From positions 8,448 through 72,447 of the forward strand of contig CACWLD010000003.1 of the NCBI GenBank assembly GCA_902761655.1: a stretch of 64,000 bases of DNA. Reading direction: 5' to 3'. Source of the DNA: an uncultured Bacteroidia bacterium (GTDB taxonomy: Bacteria > Bacteroidota > Bacteroidia > Bacteroidales > UBA932). Within the stretch, counting starts at the first letter, position 1; every line of letters starts with the position of its first letter. The notes below the pieces were generated by a model. The model had not been told where the DNA came from and made no database searches. It saw only the letters and a list, made by a program, of their open reading frames with translations. Both the position numbers and the translations under genes were made by a program. Positions 17,486-24,888 of this stretch are shown in pieces.

Positions 17486-17691
17486 TAAAAAACTCCCAAA
17501 AGAAGCCTCCGTATAATGGGGTTGTATTTACTTTAAGACTAACAGGTTTTATAGGAGAAACTATCTTCCTCCCCGATGGTCAATTAATTCCGAGGTCTGC
17601 TTATACAGCCAATCGTTGAAGGCAGATATTTTATCCAACGCATCCAGGAAGGTTAGATAGTTGTCAATATAGTCGCACAAAACACTGTTGA

Positions 17692-17983
17692 AAGCCAGGC
17701 CGATGCCTGGCTTTCGCGTTTCGTGCCTTGGGCGAAGGGACTCCGTCCCGTATACGTTACCCCTTCCCCAAACCCCTTCCCTCGGGGAAGGGGCTCGGCG
17801 GCAGAAGCCGCCGGTGTCGGCTTTCAGCCTCCGATAATTATGGGTCGTATGCAAAAAGGGGGTCATTTGCACACGGGTGGGTGAAAAAGAGGTCTCCGTG
17901 TGCAAAAAGGTTCCGAAACCCGATTTGGTACACGAGAGGGGGCTCTGGCGTACCAAATTCTATTTTTACCTATCTTTGAGGAG
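17692..17983 (+). repeat. structured GC-rich non-coding module, copy B
   Basis: GCCAGGC-cgat-GCCTGGC hairpin, TTTCGCGTTT, GGGCGAAGGGACTC. Further hairpins: CCCCTTCCC/GGGAAGGGG, GGCGGC/GCCGCC, and the 11-bp TTTGCACACGG/CCGTGTGCAAA. Then a GGTACAC..GCGTACC hairpin and TTTTACCTATCTTTGAGGAG. Confidence 0.6.
17971..17978 (+). promoter_or_regulatory. -7 box TATCTTTG at the end of module B
   Basis: Matches TAnnTTTG, 17 nt before the ATG at 17995. Confidence 0.45.
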
Positions 17984-17994
17984 TATTTTTCTAT

Positions 17995-18327
17995 ATGGGC
18001 AAGTCGTTATTTACTAAACACTCTTATCGCAAGAAAAAGGCTCTGCGCGATGAGTTGGCAAAACAGATTATTGCAGAACACAATATAGATGAAAGAGAGG
18101 CTTTTCTGTCTTGTTTAGGACAGAGGGGTGTCGCCAAGTATGAATTGGCCCGTCACCCAAAAGGTACAAAGGCAAAAGGTCTGCGTAAGGATTATGATTG
18201 TTTGAGAGTAGCTGATTACAGGCGCAGGTTTGGACAAATTGAGGAAAGAAGTTCACGGTTCAGGCGCTTACGTCGTCACGGAAAGCACGCTGCCCGCCTA
18301 CGGTCAAAACGTGAACTTGATTCTTAG
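17995..18327 (+). CDS. hypothetical small basic protein
   Basis: A 110-aa ORF with a promoter box just upstream and a strong terminator just downstream. The sequence is K/R-rich (RFRRLRRHGKHAARLRSKR). I recognise no family. Confidence 0.35.
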   Translation: MGKSLFTKHSYRKKKALRDELAKQIIAEHNIDEREAFLSCLGQRGVAKYELARHPKGTKAKGLRKDYDCLRVADYRRRFGQIEERSSRFRRLRRHGKHAARLRSKRELDS

Positions 18328-18353
18328 TCTCCCTGTTAAAGGTCTACTCCTAA

Positions 18354-18396
18354 ACAAAAAAAGAAGCCGCTTCAATTGCGAAGCGGCTTCTTTTTT
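18354..18396. terminator. bidirectional terminator between the small ORF and rubrerythrin
   Basis: An 11-bp stem, GAAGCCGCTTC (18363..18373) with GAAGCGGCTTC (18380..18390). It is flanked by an A run and a T run. Confidence 0.75.
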
Positions 18397-18934
18397 AATA
18401 GTTCTTGGCGTTGATTTCGAAGTAGGATTGAGGGTGGGCGCAGACGGGACAGATGTCCGGGGCGGCGGTGCCCACTACGATATGTCCGCAGTTGCGGCAC
18501 TCCCATACCTTAACCTCACTCTTGGCAAAGACGGCGGCTGTCTCAACGTTCTTGAGCAGGGCGCGGTAGCGCTCCTCGTGCTCCTTCTCTATGGCGCCCA
18601 CCATACGGAACTTGGCGGCCAGCTCCGGGAAGCCTTCAGCTTCCGCGGTCTTGGCGAAGCCTTCGTACATATCGGTCCACTCATAGTTCTCGCCATCGGC
18701 AGCGGCTGCGAGGTTCTGGGCGGTGTCTCCTATGCCGTTGAGTTCCTTGAACCAGAGTTTGGCGTGCTCCTTCTCGTTGTCTGCGGTCTTGAGGAAGAGG
18801 GCGGCGATTTGCTCAAAGCCGTCCTTCTTGGCCTTTGATGCGAAATAAGTGTATTTGTTTCTTGCCTGGGATTCTCCTGCGAATGCTTCCAGGAGGTTCT
18901 TCTCAGTCTGTGTTCCGGAATACTTGTTGCTCAT
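18395..18934 (-). CDS. rbr: rubrerythrin
   Basis: [22 protein letters not shown]...EKEHAKLW (diiron ferritin-like domain), plus a C-terminal rubredoxin-like motif CRNCGH...CPVC. Confidence 0.95.
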   Translation of the reverse strand: MSNKYSGTQTEKNLLEAFAGESQARNKYTYFASKAKKDGFEQIAALFLKTADNEKEHAKLWFKELNGIGDTAQNLAAAADGENYEWTDMYEGFAKTAEAEGFPELAAKFRMVGAIEKEHEERYRALLKNVETAAVFAKSEVKVWECRNCGHIVVGTAAPDICPVCAHPQSYFEINAKNY

Positions 18935-18960
18935 AATGTATACTGTTTATTAGTTTCTCT

Positions 18961-18978
18961 ACAAATTTATAAATTTGT
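18961..18978. promoter_or_regulatory. 18-bp perfect palindrome containing two divergent -7 boxes (rbr and ECF sigma)
   Basis: ACAAATTTATAAATTTGT is its own reverse complement. TAAATTTG reads on the plus strand at 18970..18977 and on the minus strand at 18962..18969. Confidence 0.55.
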
Positions 18979-19035
18979 CCGGGTAATGGTGCAGGATTTT
19001 TAGGCACTTACAGTTAATTAATAGAAAAGATTCCT

Positions 19036-19554
19036 TTGTTAATTAAAGAAGACCAGATATACAACCAGTATGCAGCCCGTTTGCTCGCAGTGTGTATGCG
19101 TTATACGGGGGAGCGGAGCGCAGCGGAGGATGTGCTCCACGACTCTTTCATAAGCATATTCAAGAGTCTGGGACGTTTTGATTTCAGAGGGGAGAAGGCC
19201 TTGTACGCCTGGATGCGCAAGATTGCGGTGAACAAGAGCCTTGACTGGCTCAGGAACCGCGCCCGTGACCCCATACCGCTGGAAGACGGGCGCATCCCGG
19301 ACTATGCGGACGAAAGCGGGCCGGAGTCCGGGGATGTGGCCAGGATCCCAATGGATGTGCTCACAAAGATGATTACCGAACTTCCGGAGGGATACAGGAC
19401 AATATTCAACCTGTTCTGCATAGAAGGCTGGTCACACGCGCAGATAGCAAAGAAACTGGGAATAAAAGAGAACTCGTCAAGTTCACAATATAAGAGGGCA
19501 AGAGCCCTGTTGGCAAAGAAAATAAAAGATTATCTCAATGAACAGGAAAAATAA
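19036..19554 (+). CDS. RNA polymerase ECF-type sigma-70 factor
   Basis: Region 2 is AAEDVLHDSFISIF...WMRKIAVNKSLDWLR. Region 4 is GWSHAQIAKKLGIKENSSSSQYKRARALL. The tracked start is a TTG, so the exact start is uncertain. Confidence 0.85.
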   Translation: MLIKEDQIYNQYAARLLAVCMRYTGERSAAEDVLHDSFISIFKSLGRFDFRGEKALYAWMRKIAVNKSLDWLRNRARDPIPLEDGRIPDYADESGPESGDVARIPMDVLTKMITELPEGYRTIFNLFCIEGWSHAQIAKKLGIKENSSSSQYKRARALLAKKIKDYLNEQEK

Positions 19555-20704
19555 CAGCACTTGGACCGATGAACTCCGTTCCGCATTCGAGAATGCGGAG
19601 ATGAGTCCGTCAGAAGGCAGCTGGGAGCGTCTCCAGGCTGACCTTGGCAAGCGCCGCGCCGCAGCCTGGCTCCCGTACGCCGGCCTTGCGACGGCACTTG
19701 CGGCCGCCGTGCTGGGCGTCTTCCTGTTCACCAGGAAAGGCCCCCAGCAGGGCGTAACCGTAATCGAGAGCCCGCAAGGCGGCGTAGTGGCCCAGGCCCC
19801 TGAAGCCGCGCCAAAGGCATCGGCGGAGCCTCAACTTGAAATCCCATCGACGCAGGAAGCCACTGCGCCCAAGGCTGCCGCAAAGCCAAAGGCCGAAGCC
19901 GCGGCGCTAAAGGCCGAAACTCCAGTGAGCGTAGCGCCCGCCATACCTGAAGAGGAGGCCACGCATCGTGAGGAAACCTCCATTAAAGACGAGGCTCCCC
20001 ATCGTGAAGAAATCACAGTTGAAGAAAGCACTGCCATTAACGCAGACCCGTTCAGGGAGGACTACTCCAACGGGCATCCCGTGACCCTTGAAAGGAAAAA
20101 AGAGCGAAGGAAATTGAGCGTATCCCTTTCCGGAGGAGGCCTTGGAGGCAACCAGGGAAGCATCTCCACCCCTATGGTGAGCTACCCTTCCACGGTCCTT
20201 ATGACCAAAAGCGACGGCGAATACATTTCCGATGGTCCCAACAGGGTGATGGACATCTCCGAACTGATTGAACATCAGGTACCTGTCAAACTGGGCGTAA
20301 ACCTGGACATACCCGTGGGCAAAAAAATGTACATAGGAAGCGGAGTTGAATACTCCTGCCTCAGGTCTTCGGTTGCCGGAGAGAAACAGACCCTGCACTG
20401 GCTGGGCGTGCCTCTCAACTTCAAATACCGCATAGCACAGGGCCGTGCCCTGGCGGCCGGCATTGGAGCCGGGGCCACTGTGGAAACCTGCCTTGACGCC
20501 TCCCTGCTGGGGCGCGAATACAAGGAAAATGCCCAGTTCTCCGCAAGGGTTTTCGCAGACCTTCGCGTCCCTCTCACTCCGGTCCTGAGCCTTTACGCCT
20601 GCCCTGAACTGTCATATTACTTTACCCAGACCAACCTGCCAACGTACCGTTCCGGAAAACCCCTTGCCTTTGGGGTGACCGCCGGCCTGGCCATAGACCT
20701 GTAA
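19538..20704 (+). CDS. membrane-anchored protein: short cytoplasmic N-terminus, one TM helix, A/P/E-rich linker, C-terminal OMP beta-barrel-like domain (putative anti-sigma factor)
   Basis: It overlaps the sigma gene by 17 nt. The TM helix is AAWLPYAGLATALAAAVLGVFLF. The linker has repeats EEATHREETS/DEAPHREEIT. The C-terminal ~190 aa show an alternating hydrophobic beta-strand pattern (GVPLNFKYRIA, GIGAGATVE, AFGVTAGLAIDL). Confidence 0.5.
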   Translation: MNRKNNSTWTDELRSAFENAEMSPSEGSWERLQADLGKRRAAAWLPYAGLATALAAAVLGVFLFTRKGPQQGVTVIESPQGGVVAQAPEAAPKASAEPQLEIPSTQEATAPKAAAKPKAEAAALKAETPVSVAPAIPEEEATHREETSIKDEAPHREEITVEESTAINADPFREDYSNGHPVTLERKKERRKLSVSLSGGGLGGNQGSISTPMVSYPSTVLMTKSDGEYISDGPNRVMDISELIEHQVPVKLGVNLDIPVGKKMYIGSGVEYSCLRSSVAGEKQTLHWLGVPLNFKYRIAQGRALAAGIGAGATVETCLDASLLGREYKENAQFSARVFADLRVPLTPVLSLYACPELSYYFTQTNLPTYRSGKPLAFGVTAGLAIDL

Positions 20705-20705
20705 A

Positions 20706-21338
20706 ATGACACATATGAGATTCTCCAGATACATAATACTCCTCTTAATTGCCGCAGCCGCATTCAGCTGCACTCCGGACCTGGGGATGAAGGAAGCCCA
20801 GATATGGGGTGATACATCGAAAGGCAATTACAGTTCCGCGGGCAATTCCCAGGACAAGACCCTTTATGGATTCTGCCTCAAGAACTTTGACCTGGACAGG
20901 GACGGGGCCCTTTCTGCAAAGGAACTGTCCGCAGTCTCTGTGATAGACTGCTCCGGACAGGGCCTGTACGATATGACCGGCCTGGGTAATTTCTCCAACC
21001 TGGACACCCTGAGATGCGACCACAACAATATCAGGGAACTGGATCTGTCACAGAACGAGAGACTCCGTTTCCTGGACTGTTCTTATAATTTCCTTGAGAA
21101 ACTGGACGTCAGCGCCACCAGCATCTCAACGCTTTACTGCTATCCTATGACGGATGCCGCAGGCAACAATCTGCTTAAGTACCTGTTCGTTTCCCGCGAC
21201 CAGAACATCAACGGCGTCACAAACGGCCGTGACACATCCAAGGGCGGAAAGCGCATCCCGGACGAGACTACAATAATATCCGTACCGACGTCCAAGGACG
21301 GCGATACGGATACCCAAAAGACTGTCCAGACTCCCTAA
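20706..21338 (+). CDS. leucine-rich-repeat lipoprotein
   Basis: Lipobox LLIAAAAFSC. LRR units are NLDTLRCDHNNIRELDLSQNERLRFLDCSYNFLEKLDVS. It starts 2 nt after the preceding stop. Confidence 0.7.
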   Translation: MTHMRFSRYIILLLIAAAAFSCTPDLGMKEAQIWGDTSKGNYSSAGNSQDKTLYGFCLKNFDLDRDGALSAKELSAVSVIDCSGQGLYDMTGLGNFSNLDTLRCDHNNIRELDLSQNERLRFLDCSYNFLEKLDVSATSISTLYCYPMTDAAGNNLLKYLFVSRDQNINGVTNGRDTSKGGKRIPDETTIISVPTSKDGDTDTQKTVQTP

Positions 21339-23644
21339 AGGCTTACTGTAACAGCTTTACCGTTATAGTTGACGGTCTGTCCCTTTACGGTGTTTCCGTC
21401 TATGTACATAATGCGGAAAGTGCGGTTCTGGAGCATTCCGGGGAACGATCCCTTACGTGCGCCAATGGTGAGCTTGCGGCCCTTGAGGGTGAAATCTATG
21501 GTTGAATAGACTCCGTTCTCGTAGTTATAGTTGTCACCTTCGTCCTCATATAGGGTGAAGTTGCCCTTAGGTCCGGCATATACGCAAATTACAAGGTCAT
21601 CCCAAGGTTTTTCAGATGTATACTGCACGTCTGGGCCTATGGGGACTATGGAGCCCTCGCGCACGAATACCGGGCAATGGTCTATTGAAGCGTCTACGGT
21701 AACGTTGGCTCCTCCATTGTACAGCTTGTTGGTGGCAAAGTCATACCACTTGTTTCCGGCAGGAAGATAAACTTCCATCTCCTTCTTCTCAGTCCAGTCC
21801 GGAGCCTCATCGTACCAGGCGCGCCTTTCCGGCATATACATAGCCTGGGTGACAGGAGCAACCAGCAGCGAACGGCCGAACATAAACTCGTCGTTCATAT
21901 CCCAAACGTTCTTGTCTGCGGCGTAATCCATAATGAGGGCGCGCATAAAACTGTCGTTGTTGGAGGTTACCTGCCAGGATGTGCTGTAGATATAAGGCAT
22001 AAGCGCATAGCGCATCTTGATGGCTTTCTCGATGGCGTCGTAGATTGGCTCTCCCTTCTTGCCGAACTCCCATATCTCGCGGCGGGAGGTCTCTCCGTGG
22101 CTACGCATCATAGGGGTGAACAGGCCGAACTGCAGCCAGCGGACATACAGTTCCTGGAAACCGGGGTTCTCGTGGCAGGTCTGGGCCGCTCCCCTCCTGT
22201 TGTAACCTCCGGGGAAGAATCCTCCGATGTCAGCATTCACGTGAGGGCTTCCCGTAAGGGTGAAGTTGAGGCAGAGAGGAATCTGGTGGCGGAAATCGTC
22301 CCAGGTGGACTGGGTGTCGCCGCTCCAGGTGTTGGCGCCAATCCTCTGCTGTCCCATAAATGAGGAACGGGTCAGGATGAAGACGCGCCTGTCATTGGAA
22401 AGGGCGCGCTGATGGTCGTATACGCCTTCGGCAGTCATTATGGGGAAGATGTTGCGCACGCTGCGGAAGGATCCCATTGCAGTCATCTGGTCGAAGTCTC
22501 CCTCGCGGTAGGTATGGTCAGGGTCAGTGGAGTCCATCCACCAGGCGTCGATGCCCATATTGTAGAGGCGGAGGAGGTTGTCCCAGTAAATGTCGCGGGC
22601 CTCTGCGCTGTAAACGTCATAGCACTGGACTCCGGAAGGATAGTCCCTGCGCGGAGGCCAGGAGGAGAGGCCGCTTGCAGGCCAGGTCTCGAACTCCAGA
22701 AGGAGGTCTTTCTCCTTGAGCTGGCGGTATGGCTTGGTCATAGGGCCGAAGGACTGCCATATGGAGATTGACATATGGGCGTTCATCTCGTGAACCTGGT
22801 CGACCATATCCTGCGGCCTGGGGAAGAGTTCGTTCAGGAACTCCATTGCGTTCCAGGTGTAGTTGGTCCCCCAGTACTGCCAGTCCTGGATGATGCCGTC
22901 AAGAGGCACGCCGGCAGCGCGGTAACCCTTGACAACGTCAAGGAGCTCCTGCTGGCTCTTGTAACGCTCGCGGCTCTGATGGTAGCCGTATGTCCACAGA
23001 GGCATCATAGGAACCTTTCCGGTTAGCTCGCGTACGGAAGCTATTACGCCGTCCGCATTGCCTCCATAGATGAAGTAATAGTCAATGTCTTCAGCCACCT
23101 GAGAGGAAAGGCTCAGGATGGTGCCGTCATCCGCAATCTTGGTTGGGGAATAGTTGTCCCAGAATACTCCGTAGCCCTTTATGGACTGGAAAAAGTTCTG
23201 GAAATCCTCCAGGTTTGACTGGATCATTTCCCTGTTCTCCCCCCTAAGGGACATCTTTCCGTTCTGGAGCATTCCCAGGCCGTAGATGGGCTCGTCCGGG
23301 TCCAGCGCCCAGCTCTGGCTGATCTCCCAGGCGCCTTTGTCAAGGCCTTCCGTGATGGCCTTGAAAGAGGAGGCGCCCTCCTTGAGGAGGACCTTGCCCT
23401 TGGAATCCGTGAAAACTATTGTACCGTCTGCACCAACGGTTGCCTTTACTTCCGGCTTGCTCACCTTTGCCTGCGGAGCCATCACTACGCTCACGCTTGG
23501 CTTTGTGCGGAACTTGCCGTCAGCAGATTTCTGAACCCGTACTATCCTTGGAGAATAGTACGTAACCTTTACCTCCTGCGCAAAGCCGCTTGCGCAGAGC
23601 AATCCCAGAAGCAGGGATACCAGTATCTTTTTCATAAATTTCAT
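21335..23644 (-). CDS. glycoside hydrolase family 31 (alpha-glucosidase or alpha-xylosidase type)
   Basis: Signal peptide, then GIIQDWQYW, GIDAWWMDSTDPD (nucleophile region) and FTPMMRSHG blocks typical of GH31. The substrate is not determinable by eye. Confidence 0.8.
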   Translation of the reverse strand: MKFMKKILVSLLLGLLCASGFAQEVKVTYYSPRIVRVQKSADGKFRTKPSVSVVMAPQAKVSKPEVKATVGADGTIVFTDSKGKVLLKEGASSFKAITEGLDKGAWEISQSWALDPDEPIYGLGMLQNGKMSLRGENREMIQSNLEDFQNFFQSIKGYGVFWDNYSPTKIADDGTILSLSSQVAEDIDYYFIYGGNADGVIASVRELTGKVPMMPLWTYGYHQSRERYKSQQELLDVVKGYRAAGVPLDGIIQDWQYWGTNYTWNAMEFLNELFPRPQDMVDQVHEMNAHMSISIWQSFGPMTKPYRQLKEKDLLLEFETWPASGLSSWPPRRDYPSGVQCYDVYSAEARDIYWDNLLRLYNMGIDAWWMDSTDPDHTYREGDFDQMTAMGSFRSVRNIFPIMTAEGVYDHQRALSNDRRVFILTRSSFMGQQRIGANTWSGDTQSTWDDFRHQIPLCLNFTLTGSPHVNADIGGFFPGGYNRRGAAQTCHENPGFQELYVRWLQFGLFTPMMRSHGETSRREIWEFGKKGEPIYDAIEKAIKMRYALMPYIYSTSWQVTSNNDSFMRALIMDYAADKNVWDMNDEFMFGRSLLVAPVTQAMYMPERRAWYDEAPDWTEKKEMEVYLPAGNKWYDFATNKLYNGGANVTVDASIDHCPVFVREGSIVPIGPDVQYTSEKPWDDLVICVYAGPKGNFTLYEDEGDNYNYENGVYSTIDFTLKGRKLTIGARKGSFPGMLQNRTFRIMYIDGNTVKGQTVNYNGKAVTVSL

Positions 23645-23662
23645 AAATATGTGGTTTTGGTG

Positions 23663-24886
23663 TTATCCTTCTATGCTGGAATCCTTGAGTCCAAGGAAAT
23701 ACAGCAGGCCGTCAAGGCCAATGGTGGAGATAGACTGCTTTGCAGTTGCCATCACCTTTGGCTTGGCGTGGTATGCTATGCCCAGACCGGCCAGGTTGAG
23801 CATAGGGAGGTCGTTGGCGCCGTCGCCCACGGCAACAGCCTGCGCCAGGTCTATTCCCTCGAACTGGCAGAGCAGGCGCAGGAGCTCGGCCTTGCGGCGG
23901 CCGTCCACAACCTCTCCCAGATACTTTCCGGTAAGCTTGCCGTCCTTGATCTCCAGGTCATTGGCGTAGACGTAGTCAAAGCCGAACCTCTGCTGGAGGT
24001 ATTTGCCAAAGTATGTGAATCCTCCGGACAGGATGGCGGTCTTGTATCCAACCCTCTTGAGGATTGTCATCATCCTCTCAAGGCCCTCGTTGTAAGGCAG
24101 GTTGCGGGCGATGTCCTCCATTACGCTCACGTCAAGGCCCTCCAGGAGCGCTACGCGGCGGGTGAAGCTCTCCGTGAAGTCAATCTCGCCGCGCATAGCG
24201 CTGGCGGTGATCTCCTTCACCTTGTCGCCCACGCCGGCGCGCGCCGCCAGCTCATCTATGCACTCCGTGCCGATGAGCGTGGAATCCATATCGAAGCAGA
24301 TGAGCCTGCGCGCGCGGCGGAAAAGATCGTCCTTCTGGAAGGAGAAATCCAAGCCTCCGCGGCTTGAGACGGCCAGCAGGTCAGCCTGAACGGAATGCCT
24401 CTCTTCAGAGGTGAGCATTCCGCGGATGGAGAACTCTATGGCCGATTTTGCAGTATTGGCATCCACCTCGAGGGCCATTCGGCCTGTGAGGCGCTTGATG
24501 GCGTCAATATTGAGCCCGTGGCGGAAGATTACGTTTGAAACGTCCGCAATCTGGCGGGCGCTGATAGTACGTCCAAGAAGGGTGATGATGTAGCGGTTCT
24601 TTCCCTGGCGGGCCACCCAGGCGTTGTAATCATCCACCGGAATGAGGGTGAAGCGTATCTGCTCTCCCAGTTCAGAAGCCTTGAACAGCAGGTCCTTCAT
24701 TATGAATCCGGACTTGTCCTTGGTGGACCTGAAAAGGATTCCCAGGGTGAGGGACTGGTGGATGTTTGCCTGGCCGATATCCAGGATAAAGGCGTCATAA
24801 CGTGCCAGTATCTCCGTGAACGAGGTGGTAAGGCCCGGTTTGTCAACGCCAAAAATGTTTACTTGTACTATCTCTATGTCTTCCAT
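23663..24886 (-). CDS. serB: phosphoserine phosphatase with N-terminal ACT-like domains
   Basis: HAD motifs ICFDMDSTLI, SGGF and GDGANDLPM. The start is set at MEDIEIVQVNIFG, 2 nt after the prfB stop. The longer tracked N-terminus overlaps prfB and looks non-coding. Confidence 0.85.
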   Translation of the reverse strand: MEDIEIVQVNIFGVDKPGLTTSFTEILARYDAFILDIGQANIHQSLTLGILFRSTKDKSGFIMKDLLFKASELGEQIRFTLIPVDDYNAWVARQGKNRYIITLLGRTISARQIADVSNVIFRHGLNIDAIKRLTGRMALEVDANTAKSAIEFSIRGMLTSEERHSVQADLLAVSSRGGLDFSFQKDDLFRRARRLICFDMDSTLIGTECIDELAARAGVGDKVKEITASAMRGEIDFTESFTRRVALLEGLDVSVMEDIARNLPYNEGLERMMTILKRVGYKTAILSGGFTYFGKYLQQRFGFDYVYANDLEIKDGKLTGKYLGEVVDGRRKAELLRLLCQFEGIDLAQAVAVGDGANDLPMLNLAGLGIAYHAKPKVMATAKQSISTIGLDGLLYFLGLKDSSIEG

Positions 24887-24888
24887 TG

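Noticed and set aside
16687-17743. Invertible promoter (inverton) using the inverted tRNA-end copies as recombination sites
   Set aside because: Inversion at either copy would replace the last acceptor-stem nucleotides of tRNA-Leu and damage the gene. No nearby invertase gene is present.
17561-17956. 131-aa minus-strand ORF running through module B
   Set aside because: The N-terminal two thirds are translated from the GC-rich hairpin module. Only the last ~45 codons (17561..17700) look protein-like, and these may be a 3' remnant of a lost gene. There is not enough to call a CDS.
16622-18394. Integrated prophage, ICE or mobilisable transposon at tRNA-Leu
   Set aside because: No integrase, excisionase, mobilisation or transposase gene is present. 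The repeats of the tRNA end are inverted and only 14 nt long. At most this is a decayed remnant.
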